This document shows, in pieces, positions 13,098 to 25,731 of a stretch of DNA of 64,000 nucleotides (positions are counted from its first letter, which is position 1; each line of letters starts with the position of its first letter). The DNA lies in NCBI RefSeq assembly GCF_009914755.1, contig NC_060926.1; one strand, given 5' to 3'. The notes below the pieces were generated by a model. It saw nothing but the letters and a program-made list of their open reading frames with translations. It did not search any database and was not told the DNA's origin. This DNA is from the human T2T-CHM13v2.0 reference genome, Homo sapiens. Made by a program: the position numbers and the translations under genes.

Positions 13098-13232
13098 TAT
13101 TTTATTACCAAGTCTAGATCAGTTGTTTAAAAAGCATAGTAGAATGACACTATTTAAAATAGTGTCAGTCTTCCATATACTGTCATTCTACCATGCTTTT
13201 AAAACAACTGATCTAGACTTGGGAATAAAATA
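13098..13232. repeat. 52-bp inverted repeat (3 mismatches, 31-nt spacer) with an overlapping 11-bp inverted repeat
   Basis: Arm 13098-13149 is the reverse complement of 13181-13232; tgacactattt-a-aaatagtgtca at 13145-13167. Confidence 0.95.
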
Positions 13233-13650
13233 GTTCTTTAGTTCTGAGGTCCTTTATTTGTTCTGTCTCAATTTGGAGCTGCAGTAGCCAATATGGACTC
13301 AGATTCACAACTGATCATTTTCCCTGAAGTTGTCCTTTTCCGTTCACTATGCTCTTTGAGGGACAGTATCTATACCGTGTTAATCATCTTTGTATTGTTC
13401 CCTGTGGTGTTTAGCACAAAAGATTGTGAATTGTAGATGTTCAAAATCCATCAAAGATATTGAATCACAGCTGATTCCGAGTTGAATCAGCTCTCCTAAA
13501 AATATTTTTCTTGATATATTTAGAAGATAAACTTTTGGGGATAAATATATCCATGAGAACTATATCTAGGCTTTTTAAACAAAATTGCTGAATACATCTA
13601 ACGATAATTTAAACATTTGCTTAAAAGAACTTATTAGCATGGGCTGTTTT

Positions 13651-14702
<1,052 letters not shown>

Positions 14703-14760
14703 CTATCTATGATCGTTTTTGTGATACACGAAGATGCATACTTCCCCACCCCAGAATTTC

Positions 14761-14810
14761 ACAGAAAACAACCAGCCACACATTTTGAGGTGCAGATAGC
14801 TTGCTTTATT
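14761..14810 (-). terminator. TTN: TTN distal poly(A) signal with GU-rich downstream element
   Basis: AATAAA (minus) at 14805-14810; minus-strand tgtgtggctggttgttttctgt at 14761-14782; inferred cleavage ~14783-14790. Confidence 0.8.
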
Positions 14811-15805
14811 TTGTTGTTACTATCTCAAGGAGGTCCAACAATTATAACTAACAATTGAATTTATACTTGCATGAAAAGAACTACATCAAATTGACATTTT
14901 GGGCAATTAGTAATATTGTTTAAAATTTAACAACAGCTTTATTTTGTTGTTGTTCTTTACTTTTTGCTGTGGCTCATTGCTTAGGTGCCCAGGTTTTTCA
15001 GGTGCAATTAAAATTTAGAACTACCACACAAAGGCATTGGCTGCACTCTGGGACCTCCAAGAGTTGGCACTGCTCTGGCATAGGAATACTTGAATAGCTT
15101 GGTTAAATGAAGGGATGGCCAGGAGATGTTACTTTTCCAAGCTATTCAGGCACTCCTTATGTCAGAGACAGCGTAAAATGAGCGAACAAAGTGTTGGCCG
15201 TTACACTTTGCTCTGGTAATATTTGTCATGATAATTTTGTGTGACATCATCAGAGAAAATGTAAGACGTTAAAGTGTTGCTTACAGGAGGGTAAATGCAA
15301 ACATCACCAATGCCTTACATTTCTGATTCAGTAGGTATTGGTGCACATATCAAGTGATATGCACAGCATCATTCTCTTTTAGGTGGACAGGACATCTTCA
15401 ATGGGGATTTTCTCAACCCACTGAGGCATACTTAGACATCAACAGTATGTTGAGGCACAAAGATTGATTAAATGTTGAGCAGGGTATTCGTTCCATAAGA
15501 AACTTTCTCCTACCAACAGTTAGTTTCAAAACTTACATTGTAAAATGTCATAAAATAAATGGTACAAAACTTTATAACCGTTAATCCGGCTATATACAGT
15601 ATGTACATGTCACTAGCAAATGTATTATATTCTTAGGTCAACAATTATGAAAAGATTGAAATGAATATTTTTGAACTTTGACTCATTTAGGTTGATACAA
15701 AACTACTTTTTTTTCTTTAAATATTTACAGTTCAGAAAGATTAGTCCGTGTGAAACGTTTGCGAAAAGTTAAGAATGAGTGTAGAGTATAAGGGCACAGG
15801 CCCTC
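14783..15805 (-). other. TTN: TTN 3' UTR (~1 kb)
   Basis: Lies between stop TAA (15806-15808) and the distal AATAAA; second AATAAA at 14938-14943. Confidence 0.85.
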
Positions 15806-16101
15806 TTAAATGGATCGAATATGTATATTCACAGTGGCAGAGTCAGATCCAAATTCATTCCCTAAACTCAGGGTATAAAGTCCACCATCTTGTTTCTGTA
15901 CGTCCATGATGATCAGGGTTGTCAGGTCATCTGTGTTTTCAATGTGGAACCTCCCCTGTTCTTGACTGTGGATTTTTCTTCCACCACAGGACCATGTTAC
16001 TTCTGGGGTAGGCTCACCCGTGAAAGCACAGGCTACTGTTAGAACTTTGCCTTCATCAATGCTGATATCAGATGGAAGAGCTTCAATTTTAGGCGGAATT
16101 C
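15806..16101 (-). CDS. TTN: Titin last exon (364/Mex6), coding part: Ig domain M10
   Basis: Acceptor ccataaag|GA; IPPKIEALPSDISIDEGK...NIHIRSI*. Confidence 0.97.
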
Positions 16102-16239
16102 CTTTATGGAACAATGACAAAAAAAAGGTCTTAGAATCACTGAAAAAAATAAAGATTTGCTTTCTACTGAATTGTGTGTACTAAAGACTACACCATGTTA
16201 CTTGGCTTGTCTACCTCTACCAGTAATTTTATTGCTCAC

Positions 16240-16542
16240 CTCTTATGCCTGCTTTAAGCATTTTACTAGTTGAGCTTTCCAGTTGTGTCATATTAGATAT
16301 TCCCATAAAGCTGCTGGAACTCATTTCTACAAAGGACTCTTGCATGGAGGACATGCTTTGGGCAGACATGCTTGCAAATTTCATCTCAGTCATGCTGCTA
16401 GCACTGCTGCTGCTGAAACTGCTGAAGGAGGCCTCCTGCTTGGAGGCAGACATTTGGACTGACTGAGACGAGAAGCTTCCTTGCAAGCTTGTGTCACCAC
16501 TTGTTCTCAATACTACCTCTCTGGAAGGTTCTTCAACTAGAG
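16240..16542 (-). CDS. TTN: Titin exon 363/Mex5 (303 bp, is7, alternatively spliced)
   Basis: ctccacag|CT...AG|gtgagc; Ser/Met-rich LVEEPSREVVLR...KAGIR. Confidence 0.95.
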
Positions 16543-17067
16543 CTGTGGAGCATAGCAGATACACAGTGAACATCAATGACATCTGGTTAATTGATGACAT
16601 ATGACGCTGACTTACAGAAATGGAAACTTCAACACACACACAGCAGCATAACCCAAACAATTTGCTGTTGAAGCATAAGCAAATACATATATACATACAT
16701 TTGTCAAGAGCTAGCTCAATGTCTCCAAAACATGAATCCTTATATTTCTATCATTACATTACATGCAGGTGCTAGGAATCACTAGGAGAAAAATGATTAG
16801 TCATATAGAAAGTAATTGACATATTGTGCATCCTGCAAATAAATGTTACACGGCAGTTGGTAGCTTTACTTTGAAATGTAATCTATCCAAGTTTCTGTGT
16901 AGCTATAAAGAAAGTTTGACTACAAGAATGAATTCACATCAGTTGGCTGTCCCTCTTTCACATGGAATTTAATAAGGCTTCTTAGAGTTTTCTGTGCTTG
17001 AAAGAGAGGCAAAAAAACGATCTAAAGGCCTTAAACATGTAAGGAAGAAGGGTGAGGAGATACTTAC

Positions 17068-17221
17068 GAAGGACCATTAAGGAAGCTGTAGCTGAACACT
17101 GGCCACGGAAATTTTTGGCCTTAATTGTGTACTTTCCACTGTCGCTGACTGATGCATTTCGGATTTCAAGGGAGTATACATTTCTGGAGCGGCTTATGCT
17201 GACATTTGAAGAAATAGAAAT
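17068..17221 (-). CDS. TTN: Titin exon 362/Mex4 (154 bp, end of M9); absent from the ORF track
   Basis: gtcttag|ATTTCT...CTTC|gtaagt; encodes ISISSNVSISRSRNVYSLEIRNASVSDSGKYTIKAKN. Confidence 0.95.
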
Positions 17222-17321
17222 CTAAGACAAAGGAAAAAGAAAAGAAATGTTGAAGTTCTTCAGATGTGGAAGACATGGTATTTTAGTTTTTCTTCAATAA
17301 TATATTCATAATTAAACTTAC

Positions 17322-18013
17322 TGGCAGGTTGTTTTTAAACCATTCGATTTCAGGGGATGGCTCGCCACTGATTTCACAAGTAAAGAGAACATTTTGTCCT
17401 TCATTAATATTTTGAGATCTAGGCTGTGAGATGAAGGCTGGAGCATCTGAGAGTTCTTTGCTCAGTGTCAAATCATACTGACACTTGACGATTCCTTCCT
17501 TGGTTTTGCTTATGCAGGTGAGGATTCCTTCATCTCTGTGACTGGCTTGCTTGATGGTTAGGGTCTGATCGCTGCCTGAGACACCATATCGGTACTCCTC
17601 AGAGTTGGTAAGCTCTACGCCATTCAGTACCCATTTCACATCAGTGGCACCAGCAATGTTGGCTTTTAAAACCAGTCTTTGACCTTCGTTTATGCTCATC
17701 TGAGTAGAAAATGCTTTAATCTCAGCATGAGTTCTGACTTCTTCTGATGCCTGTGATGTTTTAGTGATTTCCTCATGGACAATGGATTTTTCCAGGGAGG
17801 TTGCTGCTGATTTCTTGACTTCTTCAGAAATCAGAACCTTTGAAGCTTCCTCTTTGAGGGCTAACTTTTCTTGAGATTTTGCCTCTGACATCTTAATTTC
17901 TTCAGACCTTAGGGCTTTTTGGGAAATTTCCTCTTGGACAACAGCTTTCTTCTGAGGTGTAATTTCAGAAGTCTTTTGTGTAGAGACTTTCTGTGCCTCA
18001 GTATCTTTTATAG
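17322..18013 (-). CDS. TTN: Titin exon 361/Mex3 (692 bp; is6, M8, start of M9)
   Basis: tttttag|CT...CCA|gtaagt; frame continuous with neighbours. Confidence 0.95.
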
Positions 18014-18753
18014 CTAAAAAAGAAACCTCTGTAAGGCAAACTTAATTAGAAAGAGACCCCCACCTTTTACTCTTCTAGATTCTGCGTGTGAAAAACATAA
18101 AAAGAAAAAAAGTCAACTTCTTCATGCAATGTAGGTAATACCTAATACTTTCTCAGTTCCACTTTTGGAAAATTATCATGTGTGACTTTTGAGATCACTG
18201 TAATGATTCCTTAAACTAAACTGAGCCAAAGATGATTCATATGACTTAAGGAAAAAAGTCTTGAAAAGAATAGTCAACGGATTTAGGAGATAAGTGGATT
18301 TGGGAGATTTTGAGTAACCAAAACATTAAATTATCTTTCAGAAGATTGAAATGAAAGCAAACTAATTTTAATTGGTAAAATAGAAATAGTTCTTTAATTA
18401 ACTTTGCACTGCTTTGGAAAATTAGCAACTGTGAAGGTTTAGGCAAGTAGTGCCATTTTGTATATTCACTGACTTTATTCTTAAATATTCCTGGGAGCAG
18501 GGGCTGACACTATGGAATCTTATATAATACCACATATAACTAGGTACTTAATAACTGCTTTTTATGCTCATAGAAAAGCATATGCTAACTTCAAATGTGT
18601 GTTTCTGCTTTGGTGTACAAATTGTATTCTGGAATTAGGAAAATAATTTTATTTTAATACTTTCTTGTATGTGTATATAAGGGGGGATGTTTGAAAATAT
18701 TTCCCTAATATTATCTTCTGAAGAAATGTGGGTAAAAACAAAAGCCAACCTAC

Positions 18754-18910
18754 CTTTTATTGTTAATTTGCAGCTAGAGGACACAGATCCAGCTGAATTT
18801 TTTACTGTACAAGTATAAAGTCCACTGTCAGAAGTATCAGTCTTATGAATTTCTAAGAAGAACCCTCCCTTGTCTTCAGAGAGTTTATATTTACCTCCTT
18901 GTGTAATGGC
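18754..18910 (-). CDS. TTN: Titin exon 360/Mex2 (157 bp, end of M7)
   Basis: ctacag|GCC...AAG|gtaggt; AITQGGKYKL...CKLTIK. Confidence 0.95.
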
Positions 18911-19034
18911 CTGTAGAATGCAAATGATTTGTGTTTTAAAAAGTGATTTCATTTTAAGCTTTTTTTGGGAAGCTGAATTTAGAAGATAAAATATTTTAGA
19001 AGATAAAAGAAAGAGACATTTAAGAACTGGTTAC

Positions 19035-22000
19035 CTTTCCATCTTTTGTCCAGATGGCAGTTGGCCGGGGTTCTCCAGTAGCCTTAACTGCAAATTTAGC
19101 AACACTGTCTGAAGAAACAGTTGTATCCTGCAACCCAGTAACAATTACTGGTTTTGAGGAAATTGGTTCAGGAGCTTTTGGTTCAGTTTTTCTGGTTACT
19201 GTTGACTCAGTGGTTTTCTGATCTGATTTCTTAGTTTCTGATATTTTTGATACCTTCTCATGGATACTCTTAAAGGCTTGCCCCATAAATTGTAAGTTGG
19301 TTTTAGACGTTCCACCTTCACCAGAAATCTCACAAACATATTCTCCTTGATCAGATTCAGTGAGGTTATTGATTTTGAGCTCATAGGTACCATCTGCTGA
19401 ATAATGAAACTGGAAATGCCCATTTTCCTTCAGTTTCTTGCCATCTTTATACCAGGTGACCTCTTTTGCCCTTAATACACTGCTTTCAACCACACAGGTC
19501 AGTTTTGCAATCTCTTTAGAAGCTTCTGCTTTCAGGAACTGAGTAATCTTTGGTGGGGCAGAGACTGGGAGGTGCTGAACTTTCTCTGTTGGTGTTGGTT
19601 TTGTCTCTGTGGGTGATACGGCTTTCGGGTGAGAAGGTTCTGGAGATTTCACTCGTTTTGGAGACTTAACTGCTTCTGGGGATTTCACCCGAGGCTCTGG
19701 GGATTTGACTCTTGGTGGTGATGTCACAGCCTTTTCAGTTACCCTGGCCTTTTGAATAGTCAGAGTGAACTCTGCTTCTTGTTTCCCTTCACTGTTTTCT
19801 ACCACCACGCTGTAATTGCCCTCATCGGAAGCCTGGACTGAAGAGATCTCAAAGGTTGATTTGTACTTTGTGGTGGTCACTTGGTGGCGGGCAGAAGTAC
19901 TTAGCACTTGTCCTTTACGCAGCCAGGTCACAGTTGGTACCGGCTCACCATCGGTGTCACAAGAAAACCTTGCAGACTCGCCCTCGTAGACGGTCATGGA
20001 CCGTGGCTTTGTTAGAATTCTTGCTGCCAAAGTCGTCTTGATCTTTCTGGTTGTGGATTTTTCTTCCAGTGACTTTTCTTCTAATGCAGCACTTTTCATT
20101 TCTGCAGATGCAGAGTGTTCATATGAGGAGAGACTTTCCCTTGTCTCCGTCATCTGTGATTTCACTTCCCTGACAGAAGACGAAGCTTCCATCTCAGATG
20201 TTTTCTTAAATGATGAAACAGCATACGCCTCTGTTCTTGTCAGCTCAGGGAAAACAGATCTGGGGACCTCTTCATCTCTGCGTTGGGAAGCATAGGTGGT
20301 ATAATCCCCTCCTGTCACGTCCAACGTTGCATAGTCAGAAGCTTCGCCCTTGTAGTTGGTGCACACAGCACGGTAGGTTCCACTGTCATCAGTATGACAG
20401 TCCAGAATTTCCAGGGTGAGGACTCCACTCGTGTTGGTGTAATGAATCTTACTGCTTTCTTGGAGTTCCACACCATTGTGGTACCATTTAACCTCGGCAG
20501 TTGGCTTAGACTGAACATTTAAAATAAAACGTGTATTTTGGCCACATGGTACCCTGTGCGAGCGCATTCTCAGTGTGATTCGAGGGGCATGGTCCAGTGT
20601 GAAAGGCTGCTGACTCAAAACTTCATACTTCCTTTCTGATGTCTTCTGAGTTTTTAAAGCAGCTTTCATGGACTCATACCTGGAAAAGATATCAAATCTT
20701 GCAGACCTCTCAAATCTCGAGAGTGATCTCTCACTAGACACAGGGCTGGGGGATCGTGGGCGAGTTCTCTCTGGAGTAGGTGACCTTCTTTCTGTGTCAT
20801 CTTCGTATTCCTCAGCCGGTTGTGGACGTGACCGGATCAGCTCAGACACTGGCCTCATTAACTCAATATAAGTTGGAGACAGGGAGCGCCGTCGTCTCAG
20901 TAGTCTAGACGCAGATGAGGATGATTCTCTTTGAGCATGTTTTGAGATTTCGTATTCTTCCTCAATTTCTGTTATTTCTGTCACTTCTCTTTGTCGCCTT
21001 GATTTCTTTCTAGACTTTTCCTCCTTTGACATGAAGTCAAGTTCGCTTTTGTATTCTGAGAGATGCTGGGTGGTCGTAACTGGGCGAAGCAACTCTTCAT
21101 CCTCCCTCTCAGCCATGATTCTTTGCCGTTGCTTTGGCTGTCTGTACGCAGCCTGGGCATGCCGTTCCCTCAGTTCTGCATAACTTGTACTAGCTTCAGC
21201 CTTCGTTGGGATGTGATAGGTTGAATACCTGAAGTCTTTTCTTGTTTCCTCCACCTTGACATGAGCTTGTGGTGAAGAGTAACGTAGGCTAGAAAGCTCA
21301 AAGTGTGGAGGGCTTCGACTTGGGGGTGAAGCTGAAAAACCTAACTCAAGCTCTTCTTCAAGACGCAGCCTCTCTTCCTCTGTTCTTTTCATTGCTAAGT
21401 AGTCATCAATGGGGAGGAGTAATTCTTCATCAGAGATGTCCCCAAGAGAACGTCTTCTAGGTCGGTAGTAAAAGTCATAATCAGGAGAAGGTGTACGCCG
21501 GCGGGCTGGTCTCACTATCTCAAGATCATCTTGGGACAGTTTAGGAATACGCCATTTAGGTCTGTATTGATCTGTAATGCGTGGAAGAGGCATCACATAG
21601 AACTGTTCCCATCTTGAAAGGCGGATGCGCTTGGGTCGTTTCTGTACAACTCTGTCAAGTTTCCCAGGCATTTCATACTGATCACGTATCTTTTTATACC
21701 ACTTCATGTCAGACATGGGCACGAACTGCTTGATGCGTTGGTCTTCTTCTATGGTAGTCTGCTTATACTTGCGTGGCTCTGGTACATCATAAGGCATCCG
21801 GAGTTTTCTCTCCTCCTTCTTTTCTTCTATCTCAAGTCTGAATTCCCCTTTTACAGTCTTGGTGCTTACAGCCGGTTTATAAAGGACAGCAGCTTCTCTC
21901 AGAGCCTCTTTAGCTACCTGTGTCAGTGGTACACTTTCAGTTCCAGAAAGAATTTCAGCCATTCTGAGGGTTTTGTCAATTTGTTTTTGTACGTGTCGCT

Positions 22001-24643
22001 CATGCTCCTCCTTACTCTTGAATTCCTGTTTCTTGTACCTCAGGCGTTCCACTTGTAGGTGAGCCTGGCAGCTGGTGGACCCAGCTGTGTTAGTGGCTGT
22101 GACTCTATAATAACCCGTGTCTTCAGGCAAAGTGTCCCTGATGTGCAGAGCATAATAATCCAAGCCTTCATGGATAATTTCAATGTTAGGCCCGAGGGAC
22201 AGTGGCTGACCATCTTTCTCCCATTTTAATGTTGGTGGGGGGATGCCAGACACTCTGATCTCAAAGCAGACACTTTGGCCTTCTTGGCATTCTGCATTTG
22301 CCAGTAACCTTTTGAACATGGGTCTTAAGGTACTATCTGTTGGAGGTGGGTGTAGGGTTACTGTCAGCTTTGCTTTACAGCTGTCTTCACCATATTTGTT
22401 CCTTGCCACAACAGTATATTCAGCGTCATCATCTGTAGTGACACTGTTGATTGTTAATTGGTAAAGACCCTTGTCTGACTCAAATGTGTACTTCTTGTCA
22501 TTGTCACCTGGTTTGATTTTCTGACCTGATTTATACCATGTTACATGAGGCTCTGGGTGGACAGTTATAGTTACTCCAAACCGGACATTTTCACCTACAT
22601 AAGCTGTCTTATTATAGAGAGGCAGGGTAAATTCTGGTGGCCTTTCCAGGAGTCTCATTGTGTCTGTTCTGCGCTTAATTTTCTTCATGGTTCTACGGCA
22701 GTAATAGTCATAGACTTCTCTCACACCTTTAACAAATAGCTCTGCATAAGAACTGTCTTCACCATAGTCATTGACTACTTTGCATCTGTAGGTACCATCA
22801 TCTAATTTGGTAATGTCTTTGACATAGAGGATGGCCACTCCATCTTCGTAGGTGATTTCGTATTTCTCACTGTTCTCCAGCTGTCGGACGCCAAAGTACC
22901 AAGTCACTTGGGTAGACTGATCATAATTTTCAATTTTGCATACATATTTGACATGTCCTCCTTCTTCACCAACTGCATGCATTATCTGCCCAGAAACTGG
23001 GCCAATTTCAATGGATGCCACTTTAACTTTAGCAACACTCACTCCCTTCTGAGATCGAATTGCACCACCACAGGAGATCCGGGCTGCTGACACAACCATG
23101 TTGAGGTCTTTCTTGATCAGGGTGTGGTAATAACGCCGGTGTTTTAATGTTCTGATAACTTTAGTACTGACTCTTTCTATCTTCTGCTTCAACCATGGGT
23201 GCTGGAGAGCCTCCGATGCTGTCATGCGAGATTTCCTCTCTTTCACTAACAACCGGTCAACAAAATCCATGGCTTCAATGCTAATCTCTTTGAATGCTTC
23301 CTCATCGAAAGTATATTCAGCATTCATGATATTCTCAATGATCTGTTGGTTAGTTTCAGCCAGGAATGGGTTGATACCACTCAATAGCACATATACCAGT
23401 GTTCCAAGTGACCACATGTCTGTGGCTGTGCTGACAACATCATGCTGGTGGACTTCAGGTGCATAGTATTCTGGGGCAGTGAATAGAAGCCTGAAGTTGT
23501 CCCCTGGTTTCAGCTGACGGGCTTGACCAAATTCTATGATTTTAATGGTAGAGCTTCTTCTGGTTTGGTAAATGATATTTTCTGGTCTAATGTCAAAGTG
23601 TCCAATATTATGACTGTGTAAAAACTGAAGTGCTTCACAGACCTGGTGAACATAACTTACAATTTCTCTTTCATTAAGTTCAAAAGCACTTGTGTTAATG
23701 CGCTCAAATATGTCAAGTCCTGATATAAACTCAAAGATCATAACTAATTCTTCCATGCTTTCAAATGATTCATGGAGGTGTAAGATGTTTCTATGCCTAG
23801 CAATATTCAGAATGGAAATTTCCTTCTTTACCAAAACCTGATCAGTCCCTTTGACTTTAACAAATTTGGCCATGTATGTCTTCTTTGAGGATGTTTCAAC
23901 ACAACGATGGACAATTCCAAACTCACCACGCCCAAGATCTTCAGCAATCATATATTTCTCATAGAGTTCCTTGGTTGAAGAGTGAGATGCTTTAGTCATG
24001 GAGACTTCCCTGGTTTCATCTACCTCTTCATCATAGTTCATAGCTCTGGTCTTATCTTCTTTGGTTATGGTTGGTTCTGAAGGCTCTGAAGGCTTGCTCA
24101 GACCAAATTTATTTTCAGCTATTACCCGGAACTGGTAACTTGTTTTTCCAAATAAGTTGATCACGGTATAACGTGTTTCTCGGGCCTGTCCTACACGGAG
24201 CCATCTTTCTGCAGTAGTTGCACATTTTTCAACAATGTAGTTGGTGATTTTGCTGCCACCATCAGAGGCTGGCTCAGTCCATGTTAAGTTGACAGAATCT
24301 CGTGAGACATCACTAACTTTGACTCCTCTGGGTGGGTCAGGAACATCAGCCACATCCAGTTCAACTGTCTTCTGATCAATTCCAAATCTGTTTTTAGCAC
24401 AGACCACATAGAAACCAGCATCTTTTCTCTCTACCCCATTGGGGAAAACAAGTGATGTGAAGGATCTTGTGACAATAACTTGGTAGTGGCCATTATTGTC
24501 AATGAGATCTTGTCCTTTCTGCCAGGTGATCACAGGATCTGGTTTGCCACTGAAAGGAATCTTGATGCTGACCACTTCACCTCGGAGAGCATGAACTGCT
24601 CCCATGCCTTCAAGAGTTTTAGGTAAGTGTATCTTAGCTGGAA
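19035..24643 (-). CDS. TTN: Titin exon 359/Mex1 (5609 bp): A169, A170, kinase, M1-M6, insertions, start of M7
   Basis: gatacag|TT...AAG|gtaacc; contained in the 1888-aa ORF. Confidence 0.97.
19641..19709 (-). repeat. TTN: Four VKSP coding repeats (M-line KSP phosphorylation motifs)
   Basis: RVKSPEPRVKSPEAVKSPKRVKSP in the translation. Confidence 0.92.
23190..23954 (-). other. TTN: Titin kinase domain (CAMK/MLCK-like) within Mex1
   Basis: GRGEFG loop, MAKF, HFDIRPEN, EFG, APEYYAPE, DMWSLG, HPWL. Confidence 0.95.
24526..24622 (+). ncRNA. TTN-AS1: Antisense exon candidate (97 bp, TTN-AS1) inside TTN Mex1
   Basis: tcttgtcctttctgccag| acceptor and TAG|gtaagt donor on the plus strand; position agrees with my recollection of a TTN-AS1 exon (unverified). 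Confidence 0.6.
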
Positions 24644-24775
24644 CTGTATCAGAAAAAAAAAAAAAAAGAATATAATTTAGCAACATCTAACAGTATGTGT
24701 TTAAGTGCAATAGCCTCCACCCCCAAGTTAATAACTCATTTAGCCTCAACTTGATGATAATTTATTTATTTTTAC

Positions 24776-25369
24776 CTTCCACTTCCAAGGAGGCAGTGCC
24801 AGACACAGATCCCCCTTGGTTGGTAGCTCTGACTTGGTAAACTGTGGCATCATCATCTGTGACACTTGCAATGATGAGCTGGTGGTAGCCACCCTTAAAT
24901 TCTTGAATCCTATATTTTAATCCATCTGCAATGATTTCTTTGCCTTGTCTGTACCATTTGACGATAGGTTTTGGATGACCAGTCACTTTGCAGACCAAGG
25001 TAGCATTGCTCTGATATCTGACATTTAGATTTCTCAGTTCCTCTTTAAAGTGTGGTGCCTGAATTGGGACATCAGATTTGGGAGTGATGGGTTCTGATAT
25101 TTCACTCCATTCACTTTCCCCACCTAGATTTTCACATTTCACACGAAACTCGTATTCAAGACCTTCAATAAGGTTTTTCACTGAAAAGACAGTTTCTCGA
25201 ATTTCTTCTGTTGTCACAGAAATCCATTTATTCTGCTTCTTCTCACGCTTCTCAAGGTAGTAATTTCTAATCTTTGCACCTCCATCACTGGCAGGTGGCT
25301 TCCAGGCCACAACACAAGAATCTTTTGTGACAGCAGTAATAGTTGGTTTGCCAGGAGCACCTGGCTTTT
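24776..25369 (-). CDS. TTN: Titin exon 358 (594 bp; Fn3 A167, Ig A168)
   Basis: aatag|AA...AAG|gtaaaa. Confidence 0.95.
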
Positions 25370-25731
25370 CTATTAAACAAAAAAAAGATTTGAGTCATGA
25401 GATGAAACAGGCAGCTTTATTAAAGCTTATTTTTTTAAAAAAGAATGTTATATGAGTCCAAAATTTTGTTAAAAAATAGCTATTCCAGAAAGATGAAATT
25501 GGTTACTTTATACTAAGACATATCAAAAACCAAAGTTCTATTTTTACAATGGGGTTAGGATATATATTTCTCCTTTTAGATATGCAAACATTCAATTAAA
25601 GTGAAAGAAAAGGCACTTGTACTTTATCTGAATCTTTGCTATTTCCTTTCAAAATTTCTTTCTGTTTAAAAGAATTTTATGCAAAGATGGAACTTTACCA
25701 TAGGAAGATACAGAAATCAAGTTGTACTCAC

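Noticed and set aside
15960-16020. Possible FINmaj allele in M10 (and HMERF alleles in exon 344)
   Set aside because: The translation shows the normal EVTW, and the A150 P/C/W/P residues are intact; I noticed no premature stop or frame break across the 38 exons.
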